From contig CAXXFK010000021.1 in assembly GCA_963663965.2 (NCBI GenBank), forward strand, positions 1 through 64,000: DNA of 64,000 nucleotides. Direction: 5' to 3'. The stretch is from Sedimentisphaerales bacterium (lineage in GTDB: Bacteria > Planctomycetota > Phycisphaerae > Sedimentisphaerales > SM23-30). Below, piece by piece: positions 50,258 to 59,607 of this stretch (positions are counted from its first letter, which is position 1; the number at the start of each line of letters is the position of its first letter). The position numbers and the translations under genes were made by a program. The notes beneath the pieces are model-generated. The model had not been told where the DNA came from. It saw nothing but the letters and a program-made list of their open reading frames with translations, and made no database searches.

Positions 50258-52663
50258 TTACTGACTATTTAACCATTGAGAAGCGGTATGGGCTATTTGA
50301 GTATCAGGATAATCCCGAACAATTTGTTCATATAATGCCCGTATACGCAGTTGAACTTCGACTTGGTTCAGCCGTTTTTGGTTGCTGAGTTGCTGATAAC
50401 ACATCGCCAGAGTATAACAGACACTGCCACAATGCTCATCGGCTGGCCAGTCATTCAGGAGCCTTTGATAATAGTACACGGCCAAAGTATAGTTATTAAG
50501 CAGTCGGTAGCTATCACCCAGATATAGCAATATCTCAGCGCTCCTTCTGGATGGCGGCAACTCATTTAATATCCGATTGAACACGCCAATTGCCTTGAGC
50601 AGATAGGGTTTTCGCCCAGTGCGTTGTCTGGGTTCTCCCAGGCTCCCTCGTTCATAATAATCTTCTCCCACCCGCAATGCTGCCAACTCCAGATCCGGAT
50701 GTTTTCGGTATTCAGTAAATATCTCCTCAACAGGATCGACGGCCAGATCGATCATCTGGCCCGCATTGAAATCACAGGCTAAATCCGACAGGGCTGCCAT
50801 GCCACTTAGAGCTCGAATCCGGTCATCCGAATCAGGATGTCTATCCAGAACCCACTGATACCACTGGGCCGCTTGGCTATAACGCCCCGCCTGCTTACAA
50901 TGTTGGGCACACTCGTTGACAACTCCAACAGCCATTGCCTGACCATCTAACGCCGCAATCAGGGAATCTAACTGGTTAGATACTTCGTTGGGATCTCCAG
51001 TATAAATAGTGGCGATCGCTAATCCTTTATGCAAATCAGCATTCATTCCTAATGATGGAACTTCCAAAAAATAACGATAGATCTCACTAGCTTGCTTATA
51101 TTGCTTATTTTTCAGGTAAACACACCCGATCGAATCTATTGCCTGAGCCAGACGTGGATGCTGTTGATATTGTTCAATGAGACTAGCAAATGAATCAAAA
51201 CTAGTCGACTCTTTTTGATAGAGCTCGGTTATTATCAGCCCGGCCTCTGCCAGAATCACCTGATCACTCCCAGGATAATTATTTCGTATTCCCTCATATA
51301 AAGACCTGGCCTCTTGATAATATCCGGCAACGTTATAATAATCCGCAATCTCACGTACTGTTTCTGGGCATATGCCCAAGCCGGCTCCTGTCTCCTGGAT
51401 TGTATGCACCAGAGCCATGGCGCTATTGGGATCAGACTCCTGAATCTCCAGCCAGGCCAGGTCCTTACGTGCCAGCATACCATTGTTATCATTGGGATAC
51501 ATAGCAATAATGGCTTGATAAAGTCGTCTGGCTTTCGAATATTCCTTTGTTTGATGCAGCAATGATTGACCTACCTGCTTACGTATAGAAGCCATATCCG
51601 AAATCAATATTGGCAATCCTTCGATCAGGTAATCTAATTGTTCTTCAGTCAATAATTCCAGGGCCTGTGTTTTATTCATCTCCGCCCACTTTACGACCGC
51701 CTGATAGCCCGCTTTCACAGCCGGTTGGTCTTGCAGGATACGACTGATTAAATTATTGGCGGATTGATATTGATCTACGGCCTGATAGTCACCGGCCAAT
51801 TCGAGCAGGACCGGATAGAACTCAGCCGGACTGCCGGCATCTTGGATTAATATCCGTTCAACATAACTCCGTGCTGATTCAAAATCCCCCTGTTGTATCC
51901 GGGAATAAGCCATCCCCTGATCGGCATAGAGAGGTTGACTGCCGGCAGGCCAGATATCTAATTGCTTATATAATGTTTCAGCCTGTGCAAATTCTCCTTG
52001 AATCACCCATTGGCGGGCAAGAGTACGAACATAAGGCACTGATTCTTCATGTGATGGATATCTCTGCCTTAAAACTTCTGCTACCTGAAACGCCGCCTCA
52101 GATTGTCCTGTTGCCAGTTGAATTTCACCTGCTTGGACGTACAGTTTGGCAATATCCGGGTGACTGGCCAAACCATGCAAACCGGCTTGACATACCTTCA
52201 AAGCCCATGCCATATCTTTAGCCTGACGGGCAGTTTTTACCAATTCAACCACCTGAGCCACAACAGCATCATAACTGGAGTAGCGAGACAATATTGATGT
52301 AAGCCAGGCTTGAGATCTCGATTGGTTGCCCTTTTCCCAAGCCAGTTGGCAAAGCTTCTGACAGGCAATCAATGCTTGATTTGTTTCAGGATACTGGATA
52401 ATAACCTGGTATAGCTGATCTGCCGCCTCAAATTCCTGGCCAGAAGACAGTAATTGTAATCCTTGCTCTAATTCAGAAATAGCCAGAGCAATCGGATCAC
52501 TGGATTTCTCCAAAGTTTCCTGCTGAGATAATTCAGTTAGAGTCGTAACCGCATCCTGGGCTCCCCCGATGCGATTTATTCCGAATAGCATAATTCCTAA
52601 AGCAATAAGAATTATTACCAGATCCGTATCTGCTTTACCATGCCGCCAGATAAACTTCACCAT
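50258..52663 (-). CDS. Large tetratricopeptide-repeat protein with N-terminal hydrophobic segment
   Basis: AGGAG RBS before MVKFIW; repeated A..Y..I...YP helical repeats; 77 nt upstream of the Rhs start. Confidence 0.85.
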   Translation of the reverse strand: MVKFIWRHGKADTDLVIILIALGIMLFGINRIGGAQDAVTTLTELSQQETLEKSSDPIALAISELEQGLQLLSSGQEFEAADQLYQVIIQYPETNQALIACQKLCQLAWEKGNQSRSQAWLTSILSRYSSYDAVVAQVVELVKTARQAKDMAWALKVCQAGLHGLASHPDIAKLYVQAGEIQLATGQSEAAFQVAEVLRQRYPSHEESVPYVRTLARQWVIQGEFAQAETLYKQLDIWPAGSQPLYADQGMAYSRIQQGDFESARSYVERILIQDAGSPAEFYPVLLELAGDYQAVDQYQSANNLISRILQDQPAVKAGYQAVVKWAEMNKTQALELLTEEQLDYLIEGLPILISDMASIRKQVGQSLLHQTKEYSKARRLYQAIIAMYPNDNNGMLARKDLAWLEIQESDPNSAMALVHTIQETGAGLGICPETVREIADYYNVAGYYQEARSLYEGIRNNYPGSDQVILAEAGLIITELYQKESTSFDSFASLIEQYQQHPRLAQAIDSIGCVYLKNKQYKQASEIYRYFLEVPSLGMNADLHKGLAIATIYTGDPNEVSNQLDSLIAALDGQAMAVGVVNECAQHCKQAGRYSQAAQWYQWVLDRHPDSDDRIRALSGMAALSDLACDFNAGQMIDLAVDPVEEIFTEYRKHPDLELAALRVGEDYYERGSLGEPRQRTGRKPYLLKAIGVFNRILNELPPSRRSAEILLYLGDSYRLLNNYTLAVYYYQRLLNDWPADEHCGSVCYTLAMCYQQLSNQKRLNQVEVQLRIRALYEQIVRDYPDTQIAHTASQWLNSQ

Positions 52664-53908
52664 CTGCTTTACTCCTAATGATAGGCCCATTGATTATTTA
52701 ATATAATATCGGTCTATTATATATTTATATATAATCTACCTTACTAGTATATGCCGGCAGACAACTCCCTGGTGTTGGCGCCAGGTACTCTGCCTTTGAA
52801 ACCAGTAATCAGAAAAATAAAGAAACGCCCAATGAAAGAAAAACCCGTAGCCTCCTGTCAGACTACTTTCCTCACTTCAGTAGTTTCCGCGCTTGATTTT
52901 TTCCACTTGAACAGACTCCTTAAACGATTTACTGCATTCATAAACCACTCTATTATGAAAATCAAATTAAAAGTTTTAATTTTTTTGCCGCATTTAAAGC
53001 CACGTATTACTCTGGGTACGGCCAGGGTTAGCTTAGCCGGGATCGGGGCATATCTTACTGTCAGAATCTTTTAGTATAATTTTTAAATAGACCGTTTATT
53101 TATAAAGCGTCTCCCAATCAGTAATATGGATAGAAATTTTTAAAAATTTTGACATCGGAATCTATAACTCATTTTTCAGAAAACAGTTAGCCTTTATAAA
53201 TTTTTTATTTTTCCCCGATTACCATCTAACACAATCGAAATAATTCCTGCTGAGTTCCATTTCAGCCAGCATCCGATTTTCACATATTCATTAATATTTC
53301 TGCTATCTCGTTACTGTTCTATCGGCTTAAATCCATGCTTAAATCCCTCCGGAAGCGTCAAAGGATATTGTACGACCGTTCCGAGAACCACCTAAAAATA
53401 AGCGATATAAGTCGCAATGGTGGACAAGCGTTTCGGTTTCATATTAAGTAGCGTCTATCACACCAGTCTAATACCGGCAATATCGTTCGGTCGATTGGCT
53501 CTTAACACGCTATTGAGAAAGAGCTTAGTAATTGTTAAAATTCGTGCCGCAAAGGATAGCTAGGACATTGCATCATAGTTCCGGAAAACCCAATAAAAAT
53601 TTCCATAAAGGAATAATACTTATTGAACGATTATCAGACTTATACTGCTTACAATTGAAAATGACCGCTGGGCCGGGATATAAGCTCTACACGGGCAAAC
53701 GCTTATCTTGCGAGCGATCAGGAATTTTCATACCCATTGGGTATTATTTTCTGGTTCTTCTGAAAAATTTATGGAATGTTTATTTTTGCACGGTAAGGGT
53801 ACCTCTCCCGATATCCCCAAATGCCAGATTAGACCCCCATGTCTTTAACAAAACTTCTCGCATCCACCTCAGAACGGCATGGTTCAACCATGATAGCAAT
53901 AATTTTAT

Positions 53909-54334
53909 TCACCGCTCAAAATAATGTTCCGGATGACCCCAGGCGGCATCTTCAAGAGTCGTCTCAGCCAGTTTTTTTTCCAGCGAAACGGTTGATTGCC
54001 TCCATAATTCATACAAAAGACAGTGATCATGGGGGGCGCCGCAATCATAGTAATCCATAAAACACTCTTGAAAAAGTGGGGTTCCTTCTACCAGTTCGAA
54101 TATTTCCAGCAGGACAATGTCACCCGGAGATTTCTCAAAGACATAACCCTTTCTTTCCGCTACGTTCTTTAGAATCCCGGCTTTGGTCAACTTCCCGAAC
54201 AGGGTGACTAGCTGACGATAGGGTATCCCCTCAGCTTTTGCAATTGCATGGGCGGTAATGGGTAACTGCGTGGCATGCCTGACCATATACATCAGTGCAT
54301 GCAAAACATACGAATTGGCTTTTTTCAGTTTCAT
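53909..54334 (-). CDS. Rrf2-family transcriptional regulator
   Basis: YVLHALMYM, IAKAEGIP, L.KAGIL, GYVF..SPGDIVLLEIFELVEG; three Cys (C..DYYDC......C). Confidence 0.88.
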   Translation of the reverse strand: MKLKKANSYVLHALMYMVRHATQLPITAHAIAKAEGIPYRQLVTLFGKLTKAGILKNVAERKGYVFEKSPGDIVLLEIFELVEGTPLFQECFMDYYDCGAPHDHCLLYELWRQSTVSLEKKLAETTLEDAAWGHPEHYFER

Positions 54335-55716
54335 TTCACACCTGGCATGTCAGGATTAATATTAATTTCCAACTCCGATAATTTGCGATACAACGTTGAG
54401 ACTCCCACTCCAAGGGTCTTTGCGGCTTCCCCTTTATCGCCTTGGCATAATTTCAGGATTTTAATAATATAATCCTTTTCAAACCGGCGCATGGCCTCCT
54501 GTAGCGTTCTGTCCTCATGATCGGCTCTGTCTCCCATCATGAATGCAATTCCCAAATCGGAGGCGTCCACGATCGGTCCTTCCGTAAACAGGATTGCCCG
54601 CTCGATCAGATTCTGCAACTCCCGGACATTTCCTTTCCACTCATGACTTACCAGCCGCCCTATCGCCTTGTCCGAGATTCCCGTACACTGTTTCCCTAAT
54701 TCGCGATTGTATTTTTTCACAAATTGACGCGCCAATGCCGGAATATCTTCCTTGCGGTCTCTTAAGGGCGGCAGGTGAATGCCAACCACATTTAACCGGT
54801 AGTACAAATCTTCCCGGAATTGACCGGCCGCTATTTCATTTTGCAAATTTTTACTAGTCGCTGTGACAATACGCAGATCAATCGGGATTGAGTCTGCCAA
54901 TCCTGCCGGAATAATCCGGCGTTCCTCTATGGCTCTTAGCAATTTGCCCTGACAATCCAGTGGCATATAGCCAATTTCATTCAGGAATAATGTTCCGCCC
55001 TGCGCGGCTTCCAACAATCCATTCTTGTCTTCCACTGCCGAAGTTAACTTTTTCTTTCGATGCCCGAACAACTCGCATTCAAACAGTTCTTCCCGAATAG
55101 CGCCGCAATGGATTGCCACAAACCGGCCCGAAAAATTCTGACTCAGTGAATGGATGGCATGGGCGACCATTTCCTTGCCGGTTCCGCTTTCGCCGGTAAT
55201 CAACACGTTGCTTTTAGTACCGGCTACTTTGTGAATCGTCTTGATCACACTGGCCATCAAAGGAGATTCGCTAACCATCTGATCGATATGGAATGAAGGA
55301 TCCAACTCGTTTTTCAATTGGTGGTTTTCTTCCAGAAGACGGCGGTATCTGATTTGCTGTTTGATTTTGATGATAACCTCATCCACAATAATTGGCCTCA
55401 TCACATAGTCACCGGCGCCCATTTTGATCGCCTCAATCGCCGTTTCAACCGTGTCGTAAGCCGTTATCAAGATCACCCGCGTTTTCGGACGGCCTTTCAC
55501 CACCACCTGCCATGCCCGGCTACCCTCCGCGCCCGACAGGTTTACATCCAGTACGGCAATATCGTACACCGTCTGCATAATCGCGTCAATCGCGTCAAGT
55601 CCATTGTCAACCACCGTCACTTCGAATCCTTCTTCCTGCAATACCTTTAGCAGGAATTCCCGATTAGTCGTTTCAACATCTGCCAATAATATTTTTGTCA
55701 TGACTGCCTTTTCCAT
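54331..55716 (-). CDS. NtrC-like response regulator (REC-AAA+-HTH) with degenerate sigma54 loop
   Basis: Receiver domain; GESGTGKE; FREDLYYRLNV; WKGNVRELQN; Fis-type HTH; KKLTSA in place of GAFTGA. Confidence 0.88.
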   Translation of the reverse strand: MEKAVMTKILLADVETTNREFLLKVLQEEGFEVTVVDNGLDAIDAIMQTVYDIAVLDVNLSGAEGSRAWQVVVKGRPKTRVILITAYDTVETAIEAIKMGAGDYVMRPIIVDEVIIKIKQQIRYRRLLEENHQLKNELDPSFHIDQMVSESPLMASVIKTIHKVAGTKSNVLITGESGTGKEMVAHAIHSLSQNFSGRFVAIHCGAIREELFECELFGHRKKKLTSAVEDKNGLLEAAQGGTLFLNEIGYMPLDCQGKLLRAIEERRIIPAGLADSIPIDLRIVTATSKNLQNEIAAGQFREDLYYRLNVVGIHLPPLRDRKEDIPALARQFVKKYNRELGKQCTGISDKAIGRLVSHEWKGNVRELQNLIERAILFTEGPIVDASDLGIAFMMGDRADHEDRTLQEAMRRFEKDYIIKILKLCQGDKGEAAKTLGVGVSTLYRKLSELEININPDMPGVK

Positions 55717-55885
55717 ACCTGCGATGATAGCTGACTCTTACTAAAATCAGCTAACTGTGCTGTTCAGCCAATTCTCCCTGCCGCGGTTCTCGGAAGATAA
55801 GATGATCTGCAACCAAAATATCTCGTTTCGTTATCATTTATCTGAATAGATCCATTTTTCGTGATTACTGAAATCGCCGGCTTGA

Positions 55886-57133
55886 CTATTCCGGCAGTTC
55901 AAAATACTCCCCGGTTCGAATCAGTTCCTCTTTTTTCCCGGCATCCAGGCCAATCTCTTCGTCAGACAAATAACAGGCGGGATCTGGCGCCCAGGGATCC
56001 TGATAATACAAATCGGCCCGAACCCGCAAACTGCCGCCGCATGCCGAAAAATACTGACACAGACGACAGCGCCCCTTGACATAATCACGGCGATTACGCA
56101 AGCCCTTTAATAGCGGCTCCCCGTTATTGCTCCATATCGTACTGAATTTGTTGTCATGTATATCTCCCAGATCATAGTGCCCCCAAAACTGATCGGCATG
56201 CACTTTGCCATTATAATCGATGCACCCGATACCCACACCGCTACTGTTCAATCCACCGCCATTCCAGGTCAGCAACTTCCAGACATCAGCCGCCAAAGGA
56301 CTGTTCTCCTCAAGTAATTTTAAATAAAGATAGACACCATCCACATGATTGTCGACAGTCAGAATATCGGTATGTTTACCCGCCGCCTTACAGGCTCTGG
56401 CATGAGCGAGAATCGTTTCGATCGCCTGACGGCTCTGGGCATGTGTCAGGTCATCCCCAAAGATGCTGCCTCCCCTGCCGCTGGGAACCAGATGATAGAA
56501 ACAAGCCCTTTCAATCCCTTCCTGCTCGAAAAAGCCAAACAATCCCTCCAGATCCTGTACATTCCGTTTCGTCAAAGTCAACCGCAAACCAACCCGGACT
56601 CCCGCGTCCATGCAATGACGGATACCCGCTACGGCATCGTCGAACGCTCCCGGCACTCCCCGGAATTCGTCGTTCGATTTCCCGATACCATCCAGACTGA
56701 TTCCCACATAGGATACACCCATTTGCTTGATTTGTCCCGCTTTTCCCCGGTCGATTAATGTGCCATTCGTGGAAATAACCGTCCGCATCCCCTGATCAAC
56801 GGCATAACCGATTAATTCAAACAAATCTTTGCGTGTCAGCGGCTCTCCGCCACTGAATAAAACCGAGGGCGCCCCAAACGCCGCCAAATCGTCCAGAACG
56901 GCTTTGGCTTCCGCGGTCGTGGGCTCATGGCTCTTCACGTTGGCCCCGCTGTCGTTATAACAGTGCACACATTTCAAGTTGCAGCGGCTGGTAATATTCC
57001 ATACGATAATGGGCTTCCGCTCCGAGGCTTTCCTGGGAACCTGTTCTTGATCTCTTTCACCACCTTTAATTCCATAACGCAACCAGTCGCCTGGCGTTAG
57101 CTGATCGCAATATAGCTTCGATATATTAATCAT
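55886..57133 (-). CDS. ahbC: Radical SAM/SPASM protein of alternative heme biosynthesis (AhbC/NirJ1-like)
   Basis: MINISKLYC, WNITSRCNLKCVHCY, FYHLVPSGRG, TVDNHVDG, NGGLNSSG, C-terminal Cys cluster and DPACY; adjacent to hemA. Confidence 0.82.
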   Translation of the reverse strand: MINISKLYCDQLTPGDWLRYGIKGGERDQEQVPRKASERKPIIVWNITSRCNLKCVHCYNDSGANVKSHEPTTAEAKAVLDDLAAFGAPSVLFSGGEPLTRKDLFELIGYAVDQGMRTVISTNGTLIDRGKAGQIKQMGVSYVGISLDGIGKSNDEFRGVPGAFDDAVAGIRHCMDAGVRVGLRLTLTKRNVQDLEGLFGFFEQEGIERACFYHLVPSGRGGSIFGDDLTHAQSRQAIETILAHARACKAAGKHTDILTVDNHVDGVYLYLKLLEENSPLAADVWKLLTWNGGGLNSSGVGIGCIDYNGKVHADQFWGHYDLGDIHDNKFSTIWSNNGEPLLKGLRNRRDYVKGRCRLCQYFSACGGSLRVRADLYYQDPWAPDPACYLSDEEIGLDAGKKEELIRTGEYFELPE

Positions 57134-58445
57134 GTTGATCCTTTTTGATTTCCGGGGCCTTGTCCTCAGCAACAATCTGCTCGGCATTGGCTAAAATATT
57201 GTAAGCAAATTTTTCGGCCTCCTTGACCCCGTGTTCTCTCGACAGAATGTCAATATTCTTAATGACGCAATGACTCAGTTTGTTCACCACACGCCCGACC
57301 GAGGTCTCCAGCAGCACCTTGCAACAGGCATCCTGCCTGGGCCCGACAAAAAACTTCTCCATTTCGATGGTTTGAATCTGCTCAAAAGCGGCCTTGATCT
57401 GGCCAATCACTGGCCCGAGATCGCGCTTCAAAAACCATTCCATAAACAACGCGGTATGCTTATAGATGATCTCGACCGCCTGCTCAATATCGCCTTCCCG
57501 CAAACTGATGTTATCCTGCGCCACCCGCGCCAGATCATCAATGCTATACAGGTAAACATTGTCGATGTCGTCCACTTCCGGTTCAAAGCTACGCGGCACC
57601 GTAATGTCAATAATCAGCAACAGATGGTTTCGGCGGCGCGCCATGAGCTTCTTCATCCGTTCCCGGGTGAATAAATAACCGTCTCCCGCAGTGGCGGCCC
57701 CAACCAGAATCTCCGCATTGACAATCGCCTCATCCAGCTGCTCCCAGGCGCTGTCGCGGATGGCATGTTTCCTGGCCAGCTGACAACTGCGTTGCCGGGA
57801 CCGGTTCACCACCGTAATGTCTTGGCAGGCCTCCTGCTGAAAATGTTCAACCAGCAGGTCCCCCATCTGGCCGGCGCCAACGATCACGACTTTGGCCGCC
57901 TGAATGTCCGAAAACAATTGCCGGGCCAGTTCCACCGCCACTCCCGCCACGCTGACCCGCCGATTCGCAATCGAAGTCAACGTTATAATCTCTTTGGTCG
58001 TTCGAAACGCGTCATGAAACAGGCGGTTCAAAATCTTGCCGGTGGCCTGCTCCTCACACGACAACTTGTAGCTCTCCTTGACCTGGGCGGTAATCTGACT
58101 CTCCCCAATCACCATACTGTCCAGACTGGAACAAACCGTGAACAGATGGGTTACGGCTTCTTCATTAATCTTGATATACAGACAATCCTCGATATCGGCC
58201 CATGCGACGCCCCGGAAATTCGCCAGCCATTCTGCCAGTTCCTCCGGCTGCGGACGGGCGTTATTCTCCACCGCCACATAACATTCTACCCGATTGCAGG
58301 TCGAGAGCAACACAATCTCAACGCCCGGGTAAGCCGCTTTAAAAGCGGTCAGTGCCTGTACCGCCATCGCTTTATCGATCGCCAGTCGCTCACGGATGGT
58401 TAGCGGCGCGGTTTTGTGATTAATCCCTATCAATACAATATGCAT
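57126..58445 (-). CDS. hemA: Glutamyl-tRNA reductase
   Basis: GINHKTAP, LSTCNRVE, LDSMVIGESQI, GAGQMG, IDITVPR, LYSIDDL. Confidence 0.95.
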   Translation of the reverse strand: MHIVLIGINHKTAPLTIRERLAIDKAMAVQALTAFKAAYPGVEIVLLSTCNRVECYVAVENNARPQPEELAEWLANFRGVAWADIEDCLYIKINEEAVTHLFTVCSSLDSMVIGESQITAQVKESYKLSCEEQATGKILNRLFHDAFRTTKEIITLTSIANRRVSVAGVAVELARQLFSDIQAAKVVIVGAGQMGDLLVEHFQQEACQDITVVNRSRQRSCQLARKHAIRDSAWEQLDEAIVNAEILVGAATAGDGYLFTRERMKKLMARRRNHLLLIIDITVPRSFEPEVDDIDNVYLYSIDDLARVAQDNISLREGDIEQAVEIIYKHTALFMEWFLKRDLGPVIGQIKAAFEQIQTIEMEKFFVGPRQDACCKVLLETSVGRVVNKLSHCVIKNIDILSREHGVKEAEKFAYNILANAEQIVAEDKAPEIKKDQHD

Positions 58446-59334
58446 AACGTGTCTCAATCTGAAGGCTGTGCCTGGCCGGGATATTGCCAAAATCGTGACT
58501 TGACTTACAAAAGAGCTTACTTCCAATAAATGCAAATAAAATAAGAAAGCAAATAAACAGGGTCGTCTGAGCCACTATTTTGCCATTCAACATCAGCAGA
58601 CGCCGCAAGATCAGTGTGACCAGCAATAAAAACCACGAAACAATTATTAATACGATTTTCGAATCTGTCAGCCAGTCAGCCGGCGCCATGCCTAATCCCG
58701 CGGATTTTACCCCTGCCAGGCCAATGCCACTGATCAAACCAAGGGTCAATGCCGCAAAACTCAGCTGCAATCCCAGCAGGTTCATCTTCTCCAGCTTTTC
58801 GATATTGGGCATCTTGCCGAACAACCTCAGAAACTGCCGGGTTTTCAGCTGCTGACGGCTCCATAAATACAACACACTCATACTCGCGGCAAACACCACC
58901 ATGGCCCCGGATAACGCCATCGATAACGCATGAAAAATGACCCAGGGGGTCCGGACCGCGTCCTGTAGCTCCAATGCGGGTTTGGCCACAACGGCGGATA
59001 ACCACGAGATAACAAAGAGCCCCCACCCCATCACCGACAGAAACCAGACCTGCCGCATATACACAGATAGCCATAAGGAGGTAATACCAATAAACACTAT
59101 CAGTGCCAGCATGGATTCAAAAACATCCGTGATGGGAAACGCGCCGATGGCAACCGCTCTCAAAACCAGGATCACGGCCCCCAGCGCAACCTGCAGAACA
59201 ATACATGAGATCAAATGGCGTCTAAATTGGACCTGTTCCCGGACGATCTGGACATAGCCCATAAGCGCTGTTAATGTCGTCAGTAACAGAATGCCAAAAA
59301 ATAAATGTCGTTCCAGAAGCGGCAAATCGAACAT
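58420..59334 (-). CDS. ccsA: Cytochrome c assembly-family membrane protein (CcsA/HemX-like)
   Basis: About 8 TM segments; WVIFHA, LEKMN, LISG, W..DSK; typical position upstream of hemA. Confidence 0.78.
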   Translation of the reverse strand: MFDLPLLERHLFFGILLLTTLTALMGYVQIVREQVQFRRHLISCIVLQVALGAVILVLRAVAIGAFPITDVFESMLALIVFIGITSLWLSVYMRQVWFLSVMGWGLFVISWLSAVVAKPALELQDAVRTPWVIFHALSMALSGAMVVFAASMSVLYLWSRQQLKTRQFLRLFGKMPNIEKLEKMNLLGLQLSFAALTLGLISGIGLAGVKSAGLGMAPADWLTDSKIVLIIVSWFLLLVTLILRRLLMLNGKIVAQTTLFICFLILFAFIGSKLFCKSSHDFGNIPARHSLQIETRYAYCIDRD

Positions 59335-59607
59335 AACATTACCTGATCATATCACTGTCTGAAATCATCTTATACACTCTTTATCTTAAAATTCACAAAC
59401 TCTTATCTTATTATCAACAATGAAGATAGATAGCATTTCCGGCTAAACTCTAACAAACTTTCAGCAATAATTATAGGAAATATTTGACTGTAAATTGGAG
59501 ACAAACACCGCCCCAAAGACAGAGCAAACCCAATAACTCATTATCTGATAGATAGTTATAATATTTATCCCCATCGCCTGGAAATAAGTTTTTTTCTGAT
59601 CTGGATT

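Noticed and set aside
52590..52663. Class III (pilin-like) signal on the TPR protein (RHG-KADTDLVIILIALG)
   Set aside because: It lacks the hydrophobic +1 residue and E5; an ordinary signal or anchor explains it.
52751..53924. Plus-strand ORFs 52751-53074 and 53532-53924
   Set aside because: No recognisable motifs or clear RBS; likely spurious.
59340..59430. Rrf2 operator upstream of ccsA (repeated TCTTAT/ATCTT...AAGAT)
   Set aside because: AT-rich, low-complexity sequence; the pattern is too weak to call without comparative data.
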